Below, in pieces: positions 9,312 to 18,220 of a stretch of DNA of 64,000 bases. The notes beneath the pieces are model-generated. The model was not told the origin of the DNA. It worked only from the letters and a program-made list of their open reading frames with translations, and did no database searches. A program made the position numbers and the translations under genes. Position 1 is the stretch's first letter, and each line of letters opens with the position of its first letter. This stretch comes from Candidatus Latescibacterota bacterium (GTDB lineage Bacteria; Latescibacterota; UBA2968; UBA8231): contig OZ244561.1 in NCBI GenBank assembly GCA_965217585.1, positions 1,568,001-1,632,000 of the forward strand, read 5' to 3'.

Positions 9312-10658
9312 CTAAAAGTTGTAGCCCACGCCGACGACGAGGCGATTGATTGCGTAGTCCTCGCTAAGGACGTTGTCTGAGTATTTTTCTACTTGCTTAA
9401 ACGCACCCCACACCCAAGCTATATCTATTTGCATGGCCTCGTCGATCAATATCCCGGCCCCGAGAGTGATAAAGCGCCGGTCTTCCTCAATGTGGATGGG
9501 CGGATCGTCGGAGCCGGGGTCGCGCGGGCCGATAAAGGGAACCGGGTCCACGAAGTAGCCTGCCCTCAGATCCAGCGCGACGACCGGCACCCGGTACTCG
9601 ACGCCGAAGTGGTAGCGCAAGACGTCTCTGTACTGCGTCTCAAACGAGGTGTCAGCGCGCAAGCCATCGTCGTCGGCCCCCTTGTATTCGCTCTGCGACC
9701 ACTCGGCCAAATGCAGGCTGCCAGCCAGCGTCAGGCCCGGCAGGGCCTCGGCCGAAGCGCCCACGCCAAACTCAAAAGGTAGCGCGAGCTGGTACGTGTT
9801 GTTCACCTCTTCGTCCGCGAATTTTTTTACAGTCCCGTCATCGCACTCAATTAAGCCAAGGTCAGCTTCGAGTAAGTCGTCTGGGTTACAGGGATTTATT
9901 TCATCATAGGATACAGGACCGTTAAACTTGTAGCGAATTTTGTGCGTCCCCCCGGTGGCAAACGTCGCGCCCAACCTGTAGCGGGGCTTGTCCCGCGGTG
10001 TGCGCAGCATCGCGCCCAAGACGGCATACGGAGTCCACTGGTATTCGTCTGTAAAGGTGTCGCGCGCGAAATAGCGCTGCCCGTGGAATTTGTCTTGCGA
10101 ATCCGCCCAGTCAAATTCATTGACGGCTTGGTCTTCGCCGCTGACCAAACCCAAGGTCGCACCCAGCGAAACGGCCGGCGACACGTCAATGGCCGCAGAC
10201 ACACCGGCCAAGGCCAACTCGCCCTCGTGCTGGAAGGCGTGATCGGCAGCAAGGCCCTGGTCGTCGCCTTGGCGATTGAGGCTCCAGTCGAAGTCCTTGA
10301 TGCGGGTCAGGCCAGCCGCCAAGACCAAGCTACCGCGATAAACCGGATAGGGATAGACAAAGCCCAGTGAGCCAAAGCGCGTATTGGTCAACTCGCTTCT
10401 CCCCGCAGTGCCGTTGAAAACCGAGTCATTGGCGCGGCTATTGCGCAGGAAAGACACCTGCACCTCGCGATGCTGCATCTGGGCCAAGCCCGCCGGATTC
10501 CAGTACATGGCCGTGAAGTCATCGGCCACCCCAACAAAGGCACCGCCCATACCCATGGCCCGCACCCCGACCCCGGCGAAATTGTCGATGGCCCGCTCCT
10601 CCTGAGCCACTGCGCCACGGCCCCAAACGCAAAGCAAAGCAATAGCCAGTATCTTCAT
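9312..10658 (-). CDS. OmpP1/FadL (PorV-like) outer-membrane beta-barrel
   Basis: ATG 10658 with GGAGGA RBS, overlapping the upstream stop; GVRAMGMGGAFVGVADD.TAMYWNPAGLA N-terminal motif; C-terminal GYNF. Confidence 0.85.
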   Translation of the reverse strand: MKILAIALLCVWGRGAVAQEERAIDNFAGVGVRAMGMGGAFVGVADDFTAMYWNPAGLAQMQHREVQVSFLRNSRANDSVFNGTAGRSELTNTRFGSLGFVYPYPVYRGSLVLAAGLTRIKDFDWSLNRQGDDQGLAADHAFQHEGELALAGVSAAIDVSPAVSLGATLGLVSGEDQAVNEFDWADSQDKFHGQRYFARDTFTDEYQWTPYAVLGAMLRTPRDKPRYRLGATFATGGTHKIRYKFNGPVSYDEINPCNPDDLLEADLGLIECDDGTVKKFADEEVNNTYQLALPFEFGVGASAEALPGLTLAGSLHLAEWSQSEYKGADDDGLRADTSFETQYRDVLRYHFGVEYRVPVVALDLRAGYFVDPVPFIGPRDPGSDDPPIHIEEDRRFITLGAGILIDEAMQIDIAWVWGAFKQVEKYSDNVLSEDYAINRLVVGVGYNF

Positions 10659-11383
10659 CGGAATTTCCTCCTGTAAGTGACGGACAACTCCCGAATGGAT
10701 TGGGAGCTGAAGTGATCGCTTTCCAGCGCGTTTTTGAGATAGTACGCGACCCTTAGCTGCGGCGATACGGCCCAAGCCCCTCCGACATTCAAATAGCCTC
10801 CTCCCACGCCCTGATTCTGTAGGCCGTTGTTGCGGCCCAAGTCGTACTCGGCGAATAGGGCCATGAACCTCAAACTCTTGTCTATACCAAACCACGCCGA
10901 CCAGTCGCCATCGTCGTCGTCCTCGCGCGACAGATTGGCACCCGCGTGGATGCCGAGTTCCCCAAGCATTGAGGTATAATTCTTGCTCAACACCAAGTAG
11001 ATTCCCTTGGATTTGACTTGGTAGCGCCGGCTTCTATACGGCCCGACGCCTTGAGTATCGAAGCCCAAGAGCAGCGCCGGCCACGTGTAGCCCTCTTCGA
11101 GGATCCGGCATCGAGCGGCCACTCCCACTCGCGGGTACCAATCAACCGCACCCGTACCAATAAGCTGCTCGCCACCAAAAGACACGCCCACGCTCAGACG
11201 CTTGAGCACGCCGACGTGCAAGCGACCGACAGCCCCCCCGTCGGCAAACAGGCGAACATTCACCGCATAGTGGCCTTTGTTGACTAGCCCGGCCGTCGGG
11301 CTATCGACCAAGCTCGTCAACTCGGCTCTGTCGGCCGCTGCCGGTCCAGCGGTAATGCAAAGGCACAGTATCAGCCGCTGCAA
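10655..11383 (-). CDS. YjbH-domain-like outer-membrane beta-barrel protein
   Basis: Signal peptide; LVDSPTAG start motif; YLVLSK, FAEYD, YLNVG amphipathic strands. Confidence 0.6.
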   Translation of the reverse strand: MQRLILCLCITAGPAAADRAELTSLVDSPTAGLVNKGHYAVNVRLFADGGAVGRLHVGVLKRLSVGVSFGGEQLIGTGAVDWYPRVGVAARCRILEEGYTWPALLLGFDTQGVGPYRSRRYQVKSKGIYLVLSKNYTSMLGELGIHAGANLSREDDDDGDWSAWFGIDKSLRFMALFAEYDLGRNNGLQNQGVGGGYLNVGGAWAVSPQLRVAYYLKNALESDHFSSQSIRELSVTYRRKFR

Positions 11384-11407
11384 AGTCCCCTCCCTTTGGC
11401 CAATTTC

Positions 11408-11863
11408 TCAGAACTCTATTTCGTCCACCCCATCCCCTTGCAAAGTAATCCGCCGCTCACAAGCCTCGCCGTGCTCTAGCCATACATGGCAGCACCTATC
11501 GGGCAACGAGCCATCGGCGCGCTCGGCCCACTCGACCAAGCAGACACCACGGCCGTAAAAGTACTCTTCTGCCCCTAATTCCTCAAGCTCGTCAGCGCCC
11601 CCCAGCCTATAGAGATCAAAGTGATAGACGGGCAGATCGCGGCCTCTACATTGCCCGGCGTATTCGTTAATCAGGATAAAAGTCGGGCTCGTGACGTAAT
11701 CGGCCACTTGCAGAGCCTCGCACACGCCTTGGATCATGCAGGTCTTGCCACTGCCCAATTCGCCGCGAAAGGCAACCACATCGCCCGGTGCCAAACGCCG
11801 GCCCAGCGCAGCGCCCAGCGCGTGGGTCTGGGCCGCCGAGTGCGTGGTGAAAACCTTTTTCAC
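11408..11863 (-). CDS. tsaE: tRNA t6A biosynthesis ATPase TsaE
   Basis: GELGSGKT, VTSPTF, HFDLYRL, VEWAE. Confidence 0.95.
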   Translation of the reverse strand: MKKVFTTHSAAQTHALGAALGRRLAPGDVVAFRGELGSGKTCMIQGVCEALQVADYVTSPTFILINEYAGQCRGRDLPVYHFDLYRLGGADELEELGAEEYFYGRGVCLVEWAERADGSLPDRCCHVWLEHGEACERRITLQGDGVDEIEF

Positions 11864-11868
11864 TTTCC

Positions 11869-13431
11869 CTACTTGGGCTCCATAATCGCCACGGGCAAAA
11901 TCATCTCCTCCAGAGATACGCCGCCGTGCTGAAAGCTGCCCTTGTAGCGGCGTTGGTACTTGTTGAACTGGGTCGGATAGACGAAGTAGAAGTCCTCGCG
12001 GGCGACGACGAAGCTATGACCGAGGCCCGTCGAAGGCAGCCCGTAGGCCTCCGGGTCGGCGATCAGCAGCGCGTCTTTTTCCTCGCAACGGAGATTCTGG
12101 CCATACTTGTAGCGCAGGCTCGAAGACGTGCTGCGGTCCCCGTACACCACCGAAGCGCGCGTGCCGCGCATTGAGCCGTGGTCGGTCGTCAGCACCACAA
12201 CCGCATCGGTCTGGGCAATATTCTTGAGGGTCTCAAAGAGCGACGCATTGCCAAACCACGTCTGCACCAATGCGCGAAAGGCCGCCTCATTAGGTGCCAT
12301 TTCCTTGAGCAGATCCGACTGCGCCTGGCTGTGTACCAGCATGTCGAGGAAATTGTACACCACCGACACGAGCGGCCACTTGCCCAGCGATGGTATCTTG
12401 CGGGTCAATTTCCGCGCCTCACTCGTGTCTAGCACCTTGACGTAGTGCGAACCCGGTTTGAGCGCGATGCCCATGTCGCGGACCAAGTCGTCGATGAATT
12501 GGTGCTCGTGCCGGTTGAGACTGTATTCGTTGTCTTGGGCCTCGCCCCACATGGTGCGGTACTTGTCGGCGATCTCTTTGGGGAACAGCCCGCTGAAAAT
12601 CGCGTTGCGCGCAAAGGGTGTAGCCGTAGGCAAAATCGAGTAGTGGTAGGAACGCTTGATGTTGAAGTACTCGGCCAATTGGGGCTCCATCACCATCCAG
12701 TGATCTAAGCGCAGGCAATCGACCACAACAAAGAATACCTGCCGGCCCTGTTCGAGATAGGGCACCACGAACTCGGGCACCACATCCACTGACAGCGGCG
12801 GCGAATCGCCTTCGTCCGCTATCCAGCGCGTGTAATGCTGCTCGACAAAGCGCCCAAACTCGCGATTGCATTCGCGCCGCTGATCCCCAATCATCTGGCC
12901 GAGACCTGCGTCGCCCAAGCGCTCCACTTCGATGTCCCACTCGCAGAGCTGTCGATGTACGTCAACCCAAGTCTGCCAAGTGCCTGCGCCCGCAATCTGG
13001 TCGCGGATCTGGCCGGCCCTAGAGACGTAGTGCTGCCCGGCTTGGCTTTGGCGAATCTGCCGCGTGTCGAGGAGCTGTTTGCAAGCCATGAAGATCTGGC
13101 TGGGGTTGACCGGCTTTGTCAGGTAGTCGTCAATGCGGCGGCCAATGGCCTCATCCATCAAGTGTTCTTCTTCGTTTTTGGTGATCATAATCACCGGCAC
13201 GTTGGGATCGGCCCTCTTGATCTGTTCCAAGGTCGAAAGCCCGTCCAGCCCCGGCATCATCTCGTCGAGCAGCACGATGTCAAAGGGGGCTTGGGCAATC
13301 AGGGCGATGGCATCCTTGCCGTTGCTCACCGGCGTCACCGCGTAGCCCCTTTCATCGAGAAAGCGCCGGTGAGCACGCAATAGGTCAATCTCGTCGTCGG
13401 CCCAGAGTATCTTTCGCTTATCCCCTTCCAT
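11869..13431 (-). CDS. porX: PorX-like response regulator with C-terminal PglZ (alkaline-phosphatase-fold) domain
   Basis: ILWADDE, LLDEMMPG receiver; DCLRLD, ILPTATPFARNAIF, TTDHG, FQHGGVSLEEM; porX-tsaE adjacency as known from Bacteroidota. Confidence 0.88.
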   Translation of the reverse strand: MEGDKRKILWADDEIDLLRAHRRFLDERGYAVTPVSNGKDAIALIAQAPFDIVLLDEMMPGLDGLSTLEQIKRADPNVPVIMITKNEEEHLMDEAIGRRIDDYLTKPVNPSQIFMACKQLLDTRQIRQSQAGQHYVSRAGQIRDQIAGAGTWQTWVDVHRQLCEWDIEVERLGDAGLGQMIGDQRRECNREFGRFVEQHYTRWIADEGDSPPLSVDVVPEFVVPYLEQGRQVFFVVVDCLRLDHWMVMEPQLAEYFNIKRSYHYSILPTATPFARNAIFSGLFPKEIADKYRTMWGEAQDNEYSLNRHEHQFIDDLVRDMGIALKPGSHYVKVLDTSEARKLTRKIPSLGKWPLVSVVYNFLDMLVHSQAQSDLLKEMAPNEAAFRALVQTWFGNASLFETLKNIAQTDAVVVLTTDHGSMRGTRASVVYGDRSTSSSLRYKYGQNLRCEEKDALLIADPEAYGLPSTGLGHSFVVAREDFYFVYPTQFNKYQRRYKGSFQHGGVSLEEMILPVAIMEPK

Positions 13432-13492
13432 GCGCCGCCTTTATCTGTAAAATGTCATTCTTAATATGACGATCTAAGCCCGCGCCCGTTCC

Positions 13493-15268
13493 TCAACCCA
13501 AGGGCAAAATCACCTCAAAGGTCGTGCCCTCGTCCGGCGCGCTCTGCACCAAGCTGATCTTGCCCTTGTGGTATTCTTCAACGATGCGCTTGACAAACAC
13601 CAGCCCCAGCCCCCAGCCGCGCTTCTTGGTGCTGAACCCCGGCTCGAAGATGCGCTTGACGTACTCGGGTTCAATGCCGCGCCCGTCGTCCTGAAACGCG
13701 ATCTGCACGGCGCGGCCTTCGGGCAAAAGCTCCATGCGGATGCGCAAGCTGCCCGTCTGGCCATCCATGGCGTCGATGGCGTTCTTGCACAGATTCTCAA
13801 AAGCCCAGCTCATCAATTCGGCGTTGATCGGCACCGGAGGCAACTCGCCTAGGCATTCCAGTTCGATTTCCTGCCGCCCGAACTGCGAGACGCGACGCCG
13901 GAAGTACTCGATCGTCTCCTTCAGCACGACGGCTACGTCCTCTTCCTTTAGTTCGGGCACTGAGCCGATCTGGCTGAAGCGCGAGGCAATTTGGTCGAGG
14001 CGGCGCATGTCCTGCTGTATCTCCCCGATCATCTGATCGACGCGTTCCCAACGCTCGTCTCGGTCCGGCCTCGGGGCGGTGGCGACCTCACCGCGCAGCA
14101 GCTCTAGCCACCCGGACAGCGAGGAGAGAGGAGTCCCGAGTTGGTGAGCTGTCTCCTTGGCCATGCCCACCCAGAGCGAGCGCTGTTGGCTGCGCTTGAT
14201 GTTGCGGTAGCCGATATAGCCGACGAGCATAAAGAGGAACAACACGCCGATCTGCACGAAAGGAGCGAGGGAAATGCGGCCGACTAAGCTCGTATCGCCG
14301 TAGTGAATATAGTGCTCGGCCGGGATTCTGAACTCTAGGGGGGCGCGCTGACTGGCCAAGCTATCGACAAAGGCCCGGAGTTGATCTTGGACCGCTTGGG
14401 TGGGGTCATCGCTGGCCGGCGGTAGCCCAGCCCCCACCCAAGCCCTAAATCGGCCCTCAATGTCTGCGATGATCGCGTTGGTCCCGTCCCAATGCAGAGA
14501 GCTGAAGCTAACAGCCGGCACGCTGAAGGGCAGCGGTTGTCCGCCCTCCATCTCCTGCAACGCCCGTTGCACTTCGGCGAGGGCAGTCGCCGAAGTGTCG
14601 CTGTTCACGGGCAGGCCTGTTCCCTGCCAAGCCGCGATAGCCCCTTGCGTATCCGCGATGATGACTCGGCCTCCCTCGCAGTAGAGCCGCCCCAGGGTCT
14701 CTGGCGACCAATAAAAGGAAATAGGCGGATTCTGGAGGTCCATTTCCTCGATCAGCCTGTGTAGCCGAGCGGTCGATACGGCGTGCGCGTCCGCCGCTTC
14801 GCTGCGCCAAAAGGCCCAGTTATCCAAGAAACTCGAAGTATCGATGTCCTCGGCTTGGATGATCTCGCCGCGGTGATTGGTGATGATGCGCGGGAAATCG
14901 ACCTTGGTAATCACCTCGGTAAAGAGGGTGGGAATCTGGCCTTCCGATGCCTGCGGCGTGAACGAGATCAGGTGTGCATAGAGATCGACCCGGTTCTTTT
15001 CGTGTTCGCGCAATTCGGCGATGATCGACTCGTTGTAGAGCAGGAAGGCCAGAATAGCGGCAATGCTGCCGAGAAAGATATACGCACGGAAAACCGGCGA
15101 CGCGCCCAAGCTGGCTAGGGCACCGCGCCGCCAGCGCCGCCAGCCGCCTGTAGGCGACGCGCCCTTTGCCGGCCGATTCCGAGCACTCGGAGGTACCGCG
15201 ATCTCCTCCACTGGAGCCGAGCGGCGGTGGCGGCGGCGCTTGGACGCGGTATGGTCGCGTTGGCTCAT
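13493..15268 (-). CDS. Membrane sensor histidine kinase
   Basis: Two TM helices; WVGMAKETAHQLGTPLSSL H-box, ENLCKNAIDA N-box, DDGRG, FSTK..GWGLGL; start codon uncertain (15268 or 15298). Confidence 0.92.
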   Translation of the reverse strand: MSQRDHTASKRRRHRRSAPVEEIAVPPSARNRPAKGASPTGGWRRWRRGALASLGASPVFRAYIFLGSIAAILAFLLYNESIIAELREHEKNRVDLYAHLISFTPQASEGQIPTLFTEVITKVDFPRIITNHRGEIIQAEDIDTSSFLDNWAFWRSEAADAHAVSTARLHRLIEEMDLQNPPISFYWSPETLGRLYCEGGRVIIADTQGAIAAWQGTGLPVNSDTSATALAEVQRALQEMEGGQPLPFSVPAVSFSSLHWDGTNAIIADIEGRFRAWVGAGLPPASDDPTQAVQDQLRAFVDSLASQRAPLEFRIPAEHYIHYGDTSLVGRISLAPFVQIGVLFLFMLVGYIGYRNIKRSQQRSLWVGMAKETAHQLGTPLSSLSGWLELLRGEVATAPRPDRDERWERVDQMIGEIQQDMRRLDQIASRFSQIGSVPELKEEDVAVVLKETIEYFRRRVSQFGRQEIELECLGELPPVPINAELMSWAFENLCKNAIDAMDGQTGSLRIRMELLPEGRAVQIAFQDDGRGIEPEYVKRIFEPGFSTKKRGWGLGLVFVKRIVEEYHKGKISLVQSAPDEGTTFEVILPLG

Positions 15269-15342
15269 CGGCAATAAGAAAAAATCCATCGGCAGCACGC
15301 GGTGCAGATGGATTTTTCACGCAAAAACGAGGTGGTAAAGCG

Positions 15343-15798
15343 CTATTTCTTTTGTACTTGGGGTTTAGGCGCGGACGGGAAGGGCTTTGCAGCGTCGCCG
15401 CCTTGGGCACCTGCTGTCGGCGACGCCCCCTTCTTCTCGTGGTTTTCCATCGAACAAGACCCGTGGAAGATCGCGCCCTCGGAGACTGTGAACGAGTCGG
15501 TGTGCACTTCACCGGTAAAGCGCGACTGCGTGTCCAACCGCACCTTATCGGCGCGCACGGTGCCATTCACGACGCCGTCGATGTACGCGTCTTTGCACTG
15601 TAAAGTAGCATCGGCCTCGCCCGACTGGCTGATCGTCAGCTCCCCTGAGCAGGTCAGTTCGCCCTTGAATACGCCGTCTATTCTGACGCTGTTCTCCACC
15701 GTCAGCTTTCCTTCAAAGCAGCTACCGCGGCCGATAATCGTATTGAGCGCTTGGCCGTTGCTAGAAGTGGAACCCCCTTTCTTTTTGCTGCTCAGCAT
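15343..15798 (-). CDS. Bactofilin (polymer-forming cytoskeletal protein)
   Basis: TIIGRGSCFEGKL...VRIDG...IDGVVNG...FTGEV...EGAIFHGSC. Confidence 0.9.
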   Translation of the reverse strand: MLSSKKKGGSTSSNGQALNTIIGRGSCFEGKLTVENSVRIDGVFKGELTCSGELTISQSGEADATLQCKDAYIDGVVNGTVRADKVRLDTQSRFTGEVHTDSFTVSEGAIFHGSCSMENHEKKGASPTAGAQGGDAAKPFPSAPKPQVQKK

Positions 15799-15901
15799 TT
15801 CTATCCTAACTTGGTTACGCGTTTTCACGGCTAAGAAGCCGTGATTTTTGGAATATACAATACAATCTATGGTTGGGCGAATCAACGAGCGGCGCGCCGC
15901 T

Positions 15902-17077
15902 TCAATTGGCCGCGCGCTTCTTGCGGGAGGCACTCAGGGCCTTGCGGATTTCCTCCTGCTCCTGCAACTGCTCGCTCACTACCATGGCGACCTCGCTCGT
16001 CAGGCTCTCGACCGAGGTCGTGGTAATCACCGGAATGCCGTGGGCAGCACTCGTTTCAATGAGATAGTCCTGAATTTTGAGAATATCCTCCAAGTGCTCC
16101 ATATAGCGATGGGCCGAGCGCGACGGAGCCTCGCTGGCGCGCTGGGCAAAGCGATTCTCAAAGGCGTCGCGGCCAGGAAGCTCCAAACACACCGGCGTGA
16201 TAAAGGCGTCGCCAGCGTATCCCTCTAAGTCCAGCATGTCGCTGATTAAGTGTACACCGTCGATGATGACGCTGGTGTTTTCCTCGATGCAGCGGCTGAT
16301 GATGGCCTTGACCCCAACGCAGACGCTACGCGCCTGCTCGCGAAATCCGGCGACAACCGCGTCGTGATGACCGGCCGCAGGGGCGACCTTCCAAGCGGTG
16401 TACGAGGAGGCATGCAGGGCCGGCATCAGCTCCTGTGCAAGCGTCAGGCGCATGACTTGGCGCAAGTCATCGGTAGCTACCACCCGAGGAATATCGAGCA
16501 AATTGGCCAGCGCAATCGCCAACGTAGTCTTGCCGACCCCGCTGGCACCGCCGATGAGGATAATCAGGGGTTTATCTACATCGCCCCAAGCCCGCCACAA
16601 GCGGTAGCGCTCGGCAAAGGACTTGTCAAAGGACTTTTCGATCAGCTCGGCCGCCAGATCTTCCAGCTCCCAGTGCGCGATATGCTGGCGACGCTGGTCG
16701 ATCAAGCGCGCTTCAATCGTCTGCGCAATCTCGTAGCTCTGGTCTGGAGGCAGCCCAGACGCCTGAATGGAATCCGACAGCAACTCCTTGGAGAAAGGCC
16801 GCGACCCGCTCTTGCGCTCGACGGTGATAGTGGTGGGTTGGCGCTCCCAGAAAATTAGGTCGCCGGCCTCGTACGTGCCGAACCCCTTGCGAATGGCACT
16901 ATGTACGAGCTGCACCATGTCCTTCTTGCGTACGAACTCTACTTTGCCCAAAGACGCGCGCACCGCATTGGCCACAGCGCGGGCGTCTTCGTAGCTGAAG
17001 CCGCGTTCGATTAGGTAGTGCACCAGCATCCCGCGCATAAAGGGGATGCGCTTTTTGCCATCGACTATGGTTGCCAC
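15902..17077 (-). CDS. 2-phosphoglycerate-kinase-like protein (two ATP-cone-like domains + P-loop)
   Basis: PFMRGML and PFSKELL cone starts; ILIGGASGVGKT; VATDDLRQVMR; LHASSY; IIDGVH; ILKIQDYL. Confidence 0.8.
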   Translation of the reverse strand: MATIVDGKKRIPFMRGMLVHYLIERGFSYEDARAVANAVRASLGKVEFVRKKDMVQLVHSAIRKGFGTYEAGDLIFWERQPTTITVERKSGSRPFSKELLSDSIQASGLPPDQSYEIAQTIEARLIDQRRQHIAHWELEDLAAELIEKSFDKSFAERYRLWRAWGDVDKPLIILIGGASGVGKTTLAIALANLLDIPRVVATDDLRQVMRLTLAQELMPALHASSYTAWKVAPAAGHHDAVVAGFREQARSVCVGVKAIISRCIEENTSVIIDGVHLISDMLDLEGYAGDAFITPVCLELPGRDAFENRFAQRASEAPSRSAHRYMEHLEDILKIQDYLIETSAAHGIPVITTTSVESLTSEVAMVVSEQLQEQEEIRKALSASRKKRAAN

Positions 17078-17092
17078 GATAAGCGATCCCTT

Positions 17093-18040
17093 TTATTGCT
17101 GCGCGGCGGTGGAGTCTTCCCACGCCGCAATCGTCCGCTCCAACCCTTCGGCAAGCCCGACCCTCGGCTCGTAGCCCAACTCGGCCCGGGCGCGCGATAT
17201 ATCGGCTGACGAGAAGCGGATATCACCAGCCCGAGGCGGGGCGAACATCGGCACCAGCTCGGTCCCCAAAATCTGGTTGAGCGCGGCGATCAATTCCAGC
17301 AGTGACGCGCTGCGGCCGCAGCCGATATTGTATATCCGCCCAGCGACTCCCGGAGTAGTACTAGCCCTCATATTGGCCTCGACCACATCGCCGACATAGA
17401 CAAAATCGCGCGATTGGTGGCCATCGCCGCAAACGGTCGGCGCCTCGCCTGTCCGCATCCGAGCGACAAAAATCGAAATGACGCCCGAGTACGGAGAAGA
17501 CGGCACCTGCCTAGGGCCAAAAACATTGAAGTAGCGCAAGCCAACCACCTCCAAGCCGTAGACTCGGCTGTACACTCGAGCGTAGTGCTCGCCCATGACC
17601 TTGGAAACCGCGTAGGGCGACTCGGGTTCAGGCACCATGTCCTCGCGCTTGGGCATTTGCGGGTTATTGCCATACGCCGAGGCAGAACTGGCAAAAACCA
17701 CGCGGCGCACCCCGGCCTGCCGCGCCGCTTGCAAAAGCCGCAGCGTTCCCACGGCGTTGACTTCCTGCTCGACGAGAGGATGATCGACCGAAACCGGCAC
17801 CGAGCCGATGGCTGCGTGGTGCAGGACGCAATCGACCTGTTGCACCACCTCGGCGAGCAAGGCCGCGTCGCGGATATCGCCCTCGACGAACTCTATCTCG
17901 CCTAGGATTCCGGCCAAGTTTTCGCGCCGCCCCGTGCTCAAGTCGTCGAGCACTCGCACCGCGTGCCCTTCTGCACACAAGCGCTGACAGAGATGAGAAC
18001 CAATAAACCCCGCCCCACCCGTGACCAAATACCGACCCAT
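17093..18040 (-). CDS. NAD-dependent nucleotide-sugar epimerase/dehydratase (extended SDR)
   Basis: LVTGGAGFIGSH, ASSASAYG, YAVSK, RYFNVFGPRQ. Confidence 0.93.
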   Translation of the reverse strand: MGRYLVTGGAGFIGSHLCQRLCAEGHAVRVLDDLSTGRRENLAGILGEIEFVEGDIRDAALLAEVVQQVDCVLHHAAIGSVPVSVDHPLVEQEVNAVGTLRLLQAARQAGVRRVVFASSASAYGNNPQMPKREDMVPEPESPYAVSKVMGEHYARVYSRVYGLEVVGLRYFNVFGPRQVPSSPYSGVISIFVARMRTGEAPTVCGDGHQSRDFVYVGDVVEANMRASTTPGVAGRIYNIGCGRSASLLELIAALNQILGTELVPMFAPPRAGDIRFSSADISRARAELGYEPRVGLAEGLERTIAAWEDSTAAQQ

Positions 18041-18120
18041 ATTCCCTCGTATCAAAGTTGGCCGACTAATATAGCAACAGCCGGGTGGCCGCGCACAGCG
18101 CCTTGAGCGGCGCAATCGAC

Positions 18121-18149
18121 TTGTTGATTTGCGCCTACGCTTGTATATT
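18121..18149 (+). promoter_or_regulatory. Possible sigma70 promoter for zwf
   Basis: TTGTTG-N17-TATATT about 70 bp upstream of the zwf ATG. Confidence 0.3.
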
Positions 18150-18220
18150 TGCAAAGCTCACACGAGGCGGTGTGGGGGGCCATGGCGTTCGCTGTGGCCT
18201 TTTTTTATTGACTATACGTT

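Noticed and set aside
10659-10895. N-terminal extension of the FadL ORF (similar extensions on bactofilin, epimerase, glk, cupin, metK)
   Set aside because: Extensions overlap upstream genes or promoters; downstream starts fit better (RBS, stop/start coupling or family-typical N-termini)
11869-13431. PglZ domain as a sign of a BREX defence system
   Set aside because: It is fused to a receiver domain next to tsaE (PorX architecture); no brxC, pglX or brxL in the window
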